A stretch of DNA of 63,651 nt, the filler included, from Octopus bimaculoides (lineage: Eukaryota), in the NCBI RefSeq assembly GCF_001194135.2. It is 5 parts of 4 records of this genome, joined end to end, with 100 filler letters (N's around TTAATTAATTAA, not from the genome) between each part and the next. Parts side by side here need not be neighbours in the genome. Positions count along the whole stretch, not along the records: positions 32,073 to 43,192 come from NC_068985.1; positions 43,293 to 51,959 come from NC_068984.1; 3 more parts are not named here. The stretch is one strand, 5' to 3'. Made by a program: the position numbers and the translations under genes. Below the pieces are notes generated by a model. That model searched no databases. It saw only the letters and a list, made by a program, of their open reading frames with translations, and was not told the DNA's origin. Below are positions 39,796 through 50,629 of the stretch, piece after piece; position 1 is the stretch's first letter, and each line of letters opens with the position of its first letter.

Positions 39796-40403
39796 AGCTT
39801 GTGGAATGGAGGGGTGTGCTGGTGTGGATTTCAATGGTCAGCAATGGATTTGGAATCCAGGATCACAGGGTGTGAGGAGTGCCAATTAGGTTTGCTACAA
39901 TGGTAAAATTTGGGGGGATAGGGAGATAGTGGGATACAGGGGATACTTTGTTTTCTCTAATTAGGTCAAGGTTCATGTTACTGTTTTGGCAGACTACATT
40001 GTGTATTGTAGTAGTTGGGTACTTAATAACCTTACTTTTAAGTGCAGTCCTTGTAATGTAATGCTTTTAGTTATTCATATATTTTCATGGCTGTGGTATT
40101 TATGCTGGGTAGTAGAAGGTGGACAGAATATATACTAGGTTGGCCATGTATTAGTGGAGTTTGGAATATGTATTTCTATCCTTCCTATGCAATAGACCCT
40201 GAATGAAGCAGTACAGAAAATTATGCCCTGTTGCATGCGCAACTGTCCATACTCTGAGCAGTGGAAACATATGTAGGTCATAATAACCATAAAAATACAT
40301 TGTATGAAATTGTAAAATAAAAGGAAATAAACTATGAGGATGAACAAGTCTCCTTATGCTATAGCATTATAATTATTGTTTACATATGTATAAGCAATAT
40401 GTA

Positions 40404-41856
40404 TCAATATTAATAAATGCGAAATTCTGTCTGTCCATCCGGGACCCCTATATCTCAGTTTACATTTGCTCTACATAGATAGATTATATCTTTTTGGAAT
40501 CAGGATGATCCTAGAATTGAAAATCTGCCTTTCATTTGGTTCTTGAACATCCAGTTTTGGGATCAGGTCTGGATGAGGATTTGTTAAATGCTAGCAGTTG
40601 AAAATATCAAATTTTTAAAAAACTTCAAAAATTTGTGAACTTACAAGTTTTTCATTTAAACTCAATTTAAAGTAATATCAAAACTTTATGAATTTAAAAA
40701 ATATTTTCAATTCAGTTCATTTAAAACTAGAACCAATTTAGAGTGAGAGGTTTTGTGTTCGTGAGGTTTCAAAGTTCCACAGAGTTTGTGAATTGAAGTA
40801 CTTGGAAGGAAATATTGAAGAACTCAAACTTTTGGCTCAGATCAGACTTTCAGCCCAAATGAATTTCTACTCAAATCGGACTTCTGCCTAAATTAGACTT
40901 TTGGCCAAATCGGACTTTTTGCCAGATTGAAGTGAGTTTATTCAGAGATTTGGATGCTAGAATATTTGCAGCTCAGCTACTGGATCAGGGAAATGAAAGC
41001 ATTCAGCAAGACAGTAATGGAGACATCACTTTTTCAAATCACTGCGACATTTTGGTCAAAACTGTAGAGTTGATTACCATGGTTTACCTAAACATTGGAT
41101 TTAATTTTCAAGATCATGATTGGCTTTGTGAAAGAGCCATACTTGCACCAAAGAATGAATTTGTCCAGGTTGTCAATTGGAAACTTATGCAATCAATCAT
41201 TATTGAGGGAAAAAATTATTCCTCCACTGATACAGTTGTGAACTCCAATGAGGCTGTGAATTATCCTACAGAGTTTCTTAATGCTTTGAATCCTCCCGGA
41301 ATGCCTTCTCACAAACTGGCATTGAAGAAAAAGTTCCAATCATGCTTTTAAGAAATTTAAATCCTCCAAAGCTGTGCGATGGAACAGGCAAATACATCCA
41401 CATCTTTTGGAAGCAACAATCCTCACTGGACAAGGATAGGGAGAAAATGCATTTATTCCAAGAATTCCACTGATTCCTGCAGACAGGCCCTTTGAGTTCA
41501 TGTGACTTCAATTTCCAGTAAGAGTTAGTTTTGCAATGTCAATTAACAAGAGTCAAGGACAGTCACTGAAAGTTGTTGGACTTCACCTCATGCAGCAGTG
41601 CTTTTCCTTTGGTCAGCTCTAGGTTGGTTGTTTTAGAGTTGGAAATGGCAACAATCTTTTCATGCTCACACCAAATGGTAAAACCAAGAATGTTGTTTAT
41701 CCTGCTGCTTTACAGTGATCTCCAAATGTCACAGTGATACAAAATGTGATACTCTGTGATATAAATCTGAGATGGTAGAGTACTAATAAATGTTTTATCA
41801 TTATTGCTCTCTTCAATTTTGGGCCAAAGGCCCAATTAGCCTACCACAGGAGCTAG
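40404..41856 (+). mobile_element. Internally deleted Helitron with both termini and a PIF1-helicase C-terminal remnant (40932-41718)
   Basis: 5' A|TC start, 3' hairpin TTGGGCC-AAA-GGCCCAA then CTAG|T. Translation gives [87 protein letters not shown]. Confidence 0.95.
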
Positions 41857-41919
41857 TTTAAAAGTTTGCACAGAGTACAGCTTTTAAGCTAGTATTACAT
41901 ATGTATAAGAAATGTATAT

Positions 41920-41996
<77 letters not shown>

Positions 41997-42037
41997 CATA
42001 TAAATGTATAAATATATATGTATAAATGCATACATAT

Positions 42038-42192
42038 AGGAGTGGTTGTGTGGTAAGAAGGATGCTTCACTACCACATTGTTGTGGGTTCAGTCCCACTG
42101 CATGGCACCTTAGTGCCTTAGGCAAGTGTCTTCTACTACAGCCTCGGGCTGACCAAAACCTTGTGAGTGGATTTGGTAAAGAGAAACTGAAA
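42038..42192 (+). mobile_element. Family A SINE head and CORE region (cut by gap)
   Basis: aggagtggttgtgtggtaagaag...gggttcagtcccactgc...ggcaagtgtcttctactacagcctcgggc. Confidence 0.9.
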
Positions 42193-42684
42193 NNNNNNNN
42201 NNNNNNNNNNNNNNNNNNNNNNNNNNNNNNNNNNNNNNNNNNNNNNNNNNNNNNNNNNNNNNNNNNNNNNNNNTACGTAAATTTCATCCGTCTAATTGGC
42301 TATAGAAATGCTTGTGCAAAACAACTTTTTGCGCTGCCCTGGTTATACATAGCAGGGTAATCCTTTTTAGCAGGAGCTAGGACGGCAATTTGTGATGAAG
42401 CAATTGCTGGCCATCTGTTGTTACACAGTTTTGCCAGAATTCTATCAGATTGGGCAGATGTTGATGCACCATTTTGCATTATGTTCAAAGTAGCTTTTGG
42501 AATGTGGTGAATTGCTGCAGTCTGTGGCTGTCATTTTAAACCGGTTGCTTTCTTTCCCCAGCAAGCTCTCTTCTTTGGAGGCATAATCTATGTACATATT
42601 AAACAGAACGAAAGTTATAACAGATTGCAGGGTCGGTAGTTTTCCCATTTCAGTAATTTTTCAGATTAACACACGCACGATAAC

Positions 42685-42815
42685 CTAACCCTAAACCTAA
42701 ACACTAACCCTAACCCTAAAACCCTAACCCTGACTCTAAAACTGTAACCTAATCCTAACCCTAACCCTAAACCCTAACCGTAACCGTAATCCTAAAACCC
42801 TAACCCTAACACCCT
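42685..42815. repeat. Degenerate interstitial telomere-like (CCCTAA)n array
   Basis: A run of ccctaa variants (cctaaa, ccgtaa, ccctga). Confidence 0.9.
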
Positions 42816-43380
42816 AGTGTTGTCCTGTCTACATAAGCTCCATAGTTTGTATATTTACAAAACATTGACAAACATGAGTTATATTGTAGTGAATGCTTGT
42901 GTGTACGTGCGCGTGTATGCGTTTGAGAGAGCGAGAGAGAAGAGGGAGAGAGGGGGAGAAAGGAATAGAGAACGGGAGCAACGAAGAGAGAGAAAGAGAG
43001 GAAGGGAGAACGGAAGACAGTTATAAAATAGCAATGCGTGCGCGTGTTTATATAACACACACAAAGTAAATCTTATATCTATAATGTTGATGTGTGTATG
43101 TGTTTATGTATATGTTGTTGTCACAGATCACGTATGTGTGGTTGTGTGTGTTTTTACGTTTCTATGTTATGAAAAATATGTTAGAGGTAGAGNNNNNNNN
43201 NNNNNNNNNNNNNNNNNNNNNNNNNNNNNNNNNNNNTTAATTAATTAANNNNNNNNNNNNNNNNNNNNNNNNNNNNNNNNNNNNNNNNNNNNATACAGTG
43301 CGTGTGTTTTTATTGGCTAAACTGGCAATATGACCATCCCCAAGTACAACAATATATATATATATATATATATACATACA

Positions 43381-43543
43381 TACTAATATAACGATAAAAT
43401 TTTATTAAAAAACTTTATAAGTGGCCAGCATATGAAAAATACCTTATTTATAATTGTATTTATATTTTTCACCTTAAAAGGTATTTTACATATGCTGGTC
43501 ACTGATAAAATTTTTTAATAAAATTTTATCCTTATATTAGTAG
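43381..43543. repeat. Fold-back with about 65-bp arms (MITE-like)
   Basis: tactaatataacgataaaattttattaaaaa...gtggccagcatatgaaaaatacctt vs aaggtattttacatatgctggtcac...ttttaataaaattttatccttatattagta. Confidence 0.88.
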
Positions 43544-43714
43544 TAAATTCATTCTCATTCACTACGGGACTGGTTTCCTGAACGACTACGCTTGTGTTGA
43601 TACTTGCTACGGAGTTTTTATTTGGATATATTAGGGGTATTTAAATGTATTCATGACTTTGCATCAGATTTTCCGTGGGCATGTCTAAATATTTCATTTA
43701 TTTTCATTTCGTGC

Positions 43715-43776
43715 TCCTCGCTGATGAAGGAATAATCCTTTTTGGATTAATCCAGAAATCGGAACCGATTCGAGGA
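43715..43776 (+). ncRNA. Type I hammerhead ribozyme with all three helices
   Basis: Stem I UCCUCG/CGAGGA, core CUGAUGA, stem II GGAAUAAUCC-UUUUU-GGAUUAAUCC, GAA, stem III AUCGG/CCGAU, cleavage triplet AUU at 43768-43770. There is an A.A mismatch at the base of stem II. Confidence 0.7.
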
Positions 43777-44807
43777 TAATTATATTTTTATGAATTTCTT
43801 TTAGTTTGCTTTACTCGTTTCGACACGTGGTGTAATAGTATAAGTGAATATTTTATGTGGTTAGACGAGTTAGCGTCAATTTTTCAACATATTGGCGAAG
43901 AAAATTTTTCCTTTGCCCTTATATATAATTATATTTATACATACATAACTACATACATACATACATACACACATACATACATACATACATATATACATAC
44001 AACCATGTATTCAAAGTTTCTGAACGAAAATTATAGGAGTACTCAATACATAATGTAGAGTATATTGTTAATTGAAACTATGCATTTTCTCGCGATTTGA
44101 GTTTTCGTGACTAGGATCATTCAGTCGATATTTTTCTTTGACAATCTACCATTCATCCAATCTTTCCTTCTCTTTACACCTCTATCTATCCTATCCTTTT
44201 GTCTTTCTATACATCTGTCATTCTCTTTTATATCTTCTTTTCCAAATGTTTTTACGTTTCTTTCTTTTCTTCTCTTTATTTCTTTGTTTCTCTTTCTTTC
44301 TTTCCCGCCTTACCACTCTTCTTTCTTTCTTTCATCATCATATGGTATAGTCTTCTTTTAACCTTTCTACTTTAATTCCCCCTCCTCCCTCCCTCCTTCC
44401 ATCCCTCTGTCTTTCTCTCTCTCTCTCTTTCTCCCTCTCTCTCCTTTTGTGCTACCCTTTTATTTCCTATCAACAATTCTAGAAGAAATAGAACTAAATC
44501 ACATTCACATCCTCAATGAAATGGCAATTTCTTTCTTTCATTTTAGCAAATTTCCGGTCATTAAGCAAAATCTAAGCCGACTAACTTGCTTCTTCTGTAC
44601 TTCAGTTTTCTCTCCCACCTTCCCCTACACTACCTCCTCTGCCTCCACAATGTCTTCCATTGCTTCTACTGCCTCCACTGTCCTCCATGCTCTCTGTACC
44701 TTCACACTCACTATTACCTCCACTGCTTTCTACCACTTCCTCTGCCCTCGCGCCTTCCATTACCTCCATTGACTTTTCTGGATCAGTGACGCCTACAGTT
44801 TCTAGGA

Positions 44808-44896
44808 TGGGGAGATGCGTGACGGAGAGGGAGTTGTGTGACGGAGAGGGAGTTGCGTGACTGAGGGAGAGTTGCGTGACGGAGAGGGAGTTACAT
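44808..44896. repeat. 19-bp minisatellite, about 4.5 units (gacggagagggagttgcgt)
   Basis: Units start at 44821, 44840, 44859 and 44878. Confidence 0.92.
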
Positions 44897-45661
44897 ATAC
44901 AGCATTAATTTGCCGCTTTTTTTCTGTTTTCATAATCATCTCAATTTTATTTCTATATCGAAGTCATTTCAATAGTGGAACTGCTTCTCTACTTACCTAC
45001 CTACCTACCTACCTACCTACCTCTCTTACTTACTCACTCTCTGTCTCTGTCTCTGTTTCTATCTGCCTGCCTGTCTGTCTGTCTACCTGTCTGTCTGTCT
45101 ATTTGTCTTTCTGTCTCTCTCTCTGTCTCCCTCTCCCCACTCTCTCCCTCTATCTCTCTCTATATATATATGTACGTATGCATATACACATATATGTATG
45201 TATGTGTGTGTATGTATGTATGTGTTCTTATGCATACACACGTACATATTTAAGCATATATCTCTTCAATTTTCTCTCTCCCCATGTGAACGTGTGTATG
45301 TGTGTGTGTGTGTGGGTGTGTATGTATGTGTGTGTCTATTTAGCAAAGGACAGTTGTTATTTCCCAATCAATGGATCAATGTTCCTCAAATCATCATTAC
45401 ATTGTTGTACGGATATGATAAAGTAAAAGTTTATGAAAATTCAATGGCAAAACAATGATGACACTGTGTGTGTATGTGTGTTTGTGAGTGCGTGCATGTG
45501 TGGTGGAATGTGTGTATGTCTCTGTGTGAGTATGTGTGCATGTGTATATGCATGTGTGCATGAGCGTATGCATGTTCGTAATGACTGAATTGCAGCACAA
45601 TGTAGGTTGTATGTCTCTGTGTGTACGTGTATGTGTGTTAATGTTTAAGTGTCTATGTATT

Positions 45662-45697
<36 letters not shown>

Positions 45698-45724
45698 NNN
45701 NNNNNNNATATAAATGTGTGTGTG

Positions 45725-45757
<33 letters not shown>

Positions 45758-46717
45758 ACATATACGAGAATATATGCGCAAACATGCGTATATGTGTAAG
45801 TGTCCGTGTATGCGTGTGTGGCTATGCATGTATATTTGTGTATACGTATGTGTGCTTGATATATTTCTGTTTATAGATGATGTGTATATATGCCGAATTT
45901 GTATGCGTGTTTATGTATGTAGATACATATATGTGTATTTGCATGTTTATACGTTTGTGTATGCATGTGTGTAAGAGATAGCGAGAAAGAGGAGATAGTT
46001 GCACCGGGGTTATTTTTTAATATTCTCTGTCTAATCTTTTCTAATTAATTACTCTAAATCATAATTAAAACACTTATTTACAAATACATCAACTGAACTG
46101 ACTGATTCTTAGTTCCATTAAAGAAGGAAGAGCAAACATAATATCTTAAAATACTTCAAATGAATTGTTTTGCTGTTATTTTATCAGATTTGGGGAAAAA
46201 ATCGTTTTTTTTTTTTTTGGTAGCTTCATCCCCGATGAAGATATTACGAGAGTGGAGCTGCTAGTGGCAGCGTGAGTGTGGGGGTCAATAATAAAGAGCG
46301 GAGGGGGGCATGTGAAGGGGAGTAAATATCGACAGAGATGGACAGACGTATCTACAATGGCGTTAGAGATAAATATGAAAGTTAGGCGAAATGTGATGTT
46401 GAATAAAATGAAGAAGTGAGTTCTAGAAAATGTTATAATAGCGCTGATAGAACTCTCTATCTTTATTTCCTCGTCCGTTGTTTCTCCAGTTATCTATCTG
46501 TCTTTGTCTCCACCCACTCTCTCTCCCCCACTCCCTGATGGCGGTTTCAACCAGAAATGTTAGTTTTCTTTTCCCCTTTCAGCAAACTTTACTTTCCTCA
46601 ATCCGGAGTTGATAAATGAAGAAAATGGGTGATGGGCACTGAATTCTTTTCTGACTAAATGATAAAAGAAAAGAGAAAAAGTTACTTCACTGTTAACATT
46701 CTGCATCAAGTACTTAC

Positions 46718-46777
46718 CAATACAGACCTTCACTAGTTTCCTCAGATTCTATATTCTCTTTCCTCTGACGATTCCAT
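46718..46777 (-). CDS. Candidate 60-nt symmetric exon, product unknown
   Basis: Acceptor tttctgtatcatttcag, donor TTG|gtaagt, and one open frame WNRQRKENIESEETSEGLY. No homology recognised. Confidence 0.22.
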
Positions 46778-47141
46778 CTGAAATGATACAGAAATCTACT
46801 TGACATCATACTCAGTTAACAAAAGATTATCTATACGTTTGCTTTGCCTCCTAGAAATAGCAGCTTAACCTGTCTTAAAATGTGCTCAACCTGTTTTTTA
46901 AAAAAATCCATCAGATTATGCATCCGAAGAAATATATACATATACATGGATGCTCACACATACATACATGTGCATCCGCACTCACATATTTGTGAAAATG
47001 CGGGATAATCACGGATGGAAGGCACTTTATCATAGATCTACTCTATAAAGTATTAACTAAGTATAACGATATAGGGAAATTTACCTGGAAAGTCTTCATA
47101 CTAGATTTCGCAATCAACAGCAGTGCAATTCCGAAAATCCT

Positions 47142-47310
47142 TTGATCTCAATGTTCATGGACCCGGGCGGCAGGTTGGTGGTCCTAGATGTTAATGATAG
47201 CGAAGGTGACGCCATTAGACTGGTGGTCGTCTATGCCCCTACAAGATCTGAAAGGCCAGAATTCTTCAGGTGTCTAGAAACATTGCTGGGAACGTCTCGA
47301 AGTTTAGTAC
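47142..47310 (+). mobile_element. APE-endonuclease fragment of an L1/Tx1-like LINE
   Basis: MDPGGRLVVLDVNDSEGDAIRLVVVYAPTRSERPEFFRCLETLLGTSRSLVL, showing the VYAP...R..FF..L pattern. Confidence 0.75.
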
Positions 47311-47362
47311 TTAGAGTGTTCTTATCGTATGGTAGTTATTTTATAATAGTTTTCCAGCTGTA

Positions 47363-47363
47363 C

Positions 47364-47444
<81 letters not shown>

Positions 47445-47450
47445 TATCAT
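47363..47450. repeat. (TTA)n microsatellite
   Basis: Read directly. Confidence 0.97.
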
Positions 47451-47454
47451 TGTT

Positions 47455-48515
47455 ATTATTATTTTCTCTTTATCACAGGTTTTGTTGGAACTCCTGTAGT
47501 CTTGCATGCGTGGCGAATTTACTACCGGCAGCCTACAGTGCCATGCTATTCGTTCTTTTCAGCTGTCTAATACTTTCCTGATTATTTTAGCCATAGCAAA
47601 GAGGCAAGCCTTTTGTAACAATTCTACTGCGCTCTCTATTCCAATTAATCCTTTATATTCCTCTTGATACCTTCTGATACAATAATTGGCACTATCTTCA
47701 CCTTCTTAATATTCTATAGCCGGGCTATTTCATACTTAAGAGGGATGTATCTATCTATCTTTTCGTCTTCTTTCTTGACTATTCGTGGTTCAAAGGGGCA
47801 TGCAACATCAACTATATAACATATGGAGTACACCTTGTCCACCACTACTAGGTCCGGTTTGTTATGCTCTAGCGCCTGATCTGTTTGGATTGGGAAATCC
47901 CAGAGGATTTTGCTAGTCTCCGACTCCGTCACTCTCTGCAGTTTGGGCTCATACCACGTTTTGCCTCTCTCTTAGCCTCCGCTTTTCGCACAGTTTTTAT
48001 TGTAGCACTTTCGCTACCTGGTCGTGTCACCATCACTTCTAGTGGTTTTGGTTAAATCTAGGGCATTCGTTCGTGAAATGGGCAAGAATTTCATCCATTC
48101 TATTGCAGATACGGCACAGCGGAGAGGTTTGTTCATTCCTAAGGTTGACCATCCAGTTTGTGACCAAAGCTTGGTCTTGCACTGCCAGTAAAGTGCTCTG
48201 GGTCTCTTGTTCCTTTCATCAGCCAATCCCACCTATTTTCTCCAGCAACTTCTGTTGTGACTATATGGAATTGATTGTGTAGTCTCTTCTTGCGTAATTC
48301 TTCTTCATGTTTTTTTTGCACTTCTTCCTTTGTTTTCCCTTTTTCTCTGCTCTCAATACTCCCTCGTTCCTAACTGTCACTTGCAAGATTTCCTTACTTT
48401 GGGCTAGGTATCTCACTAAGCTCTCGAGTTCGATACACACGCAGTCTTCCACACTTATCAGTCCCCTTCCTCCTTTGCCCTTTTCATGTATAGGTGATCA
48501 TTGTCTGCACGTGGG
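47455..48515 (-). mobile_element. 5'-truncated R4/Dong-type element: CCHC knuckle, REL endonuclease and 3' UTR
   Basis: RWDWLMKG, SPLCRICNRMDEILAHFTNEC, HDQVAKVL, KILWDFPIQTDQALEHNKPDLVVVDK..CYIVDVACPFE..EKIDRYIPLKYEIARL, and stop near 47560. Confidence 0.93.
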
Positions 48516-48524
48516 TGGTGCATC

Positions 48525-48583
<59 letters not shown>
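48525..48583. repeat. (TTA)n microsatellite
   Basis: Read directly. Confidence 0.97.
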
Positions 48584-48589
48584 TCTCAT

Positions 48590-48780
48590 AAGGCAGTGAG
48601 AACGCTGGGCAGAATGCCTGGCGGTACTTCGTCCAAATTCTGCGAAAGGCCACTTTGCATTTCATTCTTCCGGGGTCGATAGAATAACTACCAGTTGAGC
48701 GCTAGGGTCAATGTAATTGACGTACCCACCCCACTGGAATTCTTAGCCTTGTGCCAAAATTTGAAGCCATTATTACTATT
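48590..48780 (+). mobile_element. Degenerate family B SINE
   Basis: aaggcagtgag...ctttgcatttcattcttccggggtcgatagaataactaccagtt...gccttgtgccaaaatttgaagccattatt. Confidence 0.8.
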
Positions 48781-50019
48781 TCTTTAATTTCGTGACTTTT
48801 CACTATTACGGTAACTTTTCTCACTTTTTCTATATTCTTCTGGTGTTTCAATACTTTTGCCGACAGTTTTCCCAGAAGAGATAAAAACAAAACAATATCG
48901 AAAAAAATCTAACAATTTGAATCAATGACAGACAGACGGACATAAAGACAGACAAGCTTGTCATTTTTATCGTAAAGTTGTAAATCGAAATAAATTCATT
49001 TGGCGTGAAACAAAAGTCAGTTTTGATTCCGTTGTTTAAATTTGTTTAATTTGAAATTTTGCTTTTGTTATCTATTTTTTGTATTAATTGCTTATGACAA
49101 ATTGGTCGTAAAAATCACCTTTGCATTTGTTAGTTTCGGGTCAAATCAATAGACATTTCCATTCATTATCATTCTTTATGGCTGATAGTTTTTCATATTC
49201 AGTTTCCGTATTTTGAATACAAGAAAAGAAACTAAACATAAAAGACAAAGAAAGGAAAACAGCTTTCGTATTTCTTTTCATTGAAATCATGCAACGTAAA
49301 ATCACGAAAAATATAAAAGCGCATCATCTTAAGATTGCACCCGTTGAATGTTTGTAGAGTTTGTGTAAGTTTAAAAGAAAGTCACACAAGCAGGTTAACT
49401 GATGCAGCGATACGGTTTCGGTTTTCAAATTTGTGTATTCGTGTTTTATTGTGTTAATGACTTCCCCTTTATATACATGCATGCATACATAGATACATAC
49501 ATACATACATACATGCGTACGTACGTATATATATATATATATATATNNNNNNNNNNNNNNNNNNNNNNNNNNNNNNNNNNNNNNNNNNNNNNNNNNNNNN
49601 NNNNNNNNNNNNNNNNNNNNNNNNNNNNNNNNNNNNNNNNNNNNNNNNNNNNNNNNNNNNNNNNNNNNNNNNNNNNNNNNNNNNNNNNNNNNNNNNNNNN
49701 NNNNNNNNNNNNNNNNNNNNNNNNNNNNNNNNNNNNNNNNNNNNNNNNNNNNNNNNNNNNNNNNNNNNNNNNNNNNNNNNNNNNNNNNNNNNNNNNNNNN
49801 NNNNNNNNNNNNNNNNNNNNNNNNNNNNNNNNNNNNNNNNNNNNNNNNNNNNNNNNNNNNNNNNNNNNNNNNNNNNNACACACACACACACATACACATA
49901 CACACACAGATAAAGATAGAGTGATACGTACATATATGCATACATACGATGATGTACGTATGCATTCATACGCACAGGAAGCATTGAATGTGATAGAAGC
50001 ATTCAGTGTCACCACGCCC

Positions 50020-50588
50020 CTAAGTGGCTCGTCAAGTGAAGTCCATTGTCAATGCGATGCTGATTTATTTCATTGATGTGAAACTAATTGTCTATACAGA
50101 ATTTGTTCTTCCTGGTCAAATTGCTGACCAGACATTTTACTTGGCAGTCATGAAACGTTTGCGAGACAATAACGCCCCGGCCTGTGGAAAAGTGAAGAGT
50201 GGTGGTTTCATCATGAGAATGCGCATGCGTACACCGTCTTGAGTGTGAGACAGATTTTGACCAAAACATGGCATAACCCAGCTTACCTACCCTCCCTATT
50301 CACCCGGTCTTGCTCATTACGACTTCATTTTGTACTCCTGAATGAAAAAGCCCTGAAAGGAAAACGTTTTGCATATATGGAAGAGGTGAAGAAAAAAAAA
50401 TACGACGGAGGCGTTAAAAGGTATCACTTCGCAAGCGTTCCAGGACTGCTTCGGACATTGGAAAACGCATCTGGACCGATGCATTGCCTGAAATGGAGAA
50501 TACTTTGAAGGTGATAAAAGTGTAAACATGTAAGACTAAATGAATAAAATGACATTGCAAAATTCCAGTTTCTTTTGGGTACCCCTCA
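50020..50588 (+). mobile_element. 5'-truncated mariner (DD34D-type) transposon
   Basis: ARQVKS...ML..F.D...IVYTEFVLPGQ..YL.V.KRLR, WWFHHENA.A, PYSP.LA.YDF, LKGKRF, RCIA.NGEYFEGD. Right TIR ...tttcttttgggtacccctca then TA. Confidence 0.92.
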
Positions 50589-50595
50589 TATATAT

Positions 50596-50629
<34 letters not shown>

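Noticed and set aside
42685-42815. True telomere or chromosome-fusion scar
   Set aside because: The array is short, degenerate and single-orientation with no head-to-head junction; an element-borne interstitial array is more likely.
44808-44896. CRISPR-like regular repeats
   Set aside because: Units are contiguous with no unique spacers, the context is eukaryotic and there are no cas genes.
48213-48222. CUGAUGA on the minus strand
   Set aside because: It is the W-L-M-K coding sequence of the R4/Dong element, with no helix II or GAAA following.
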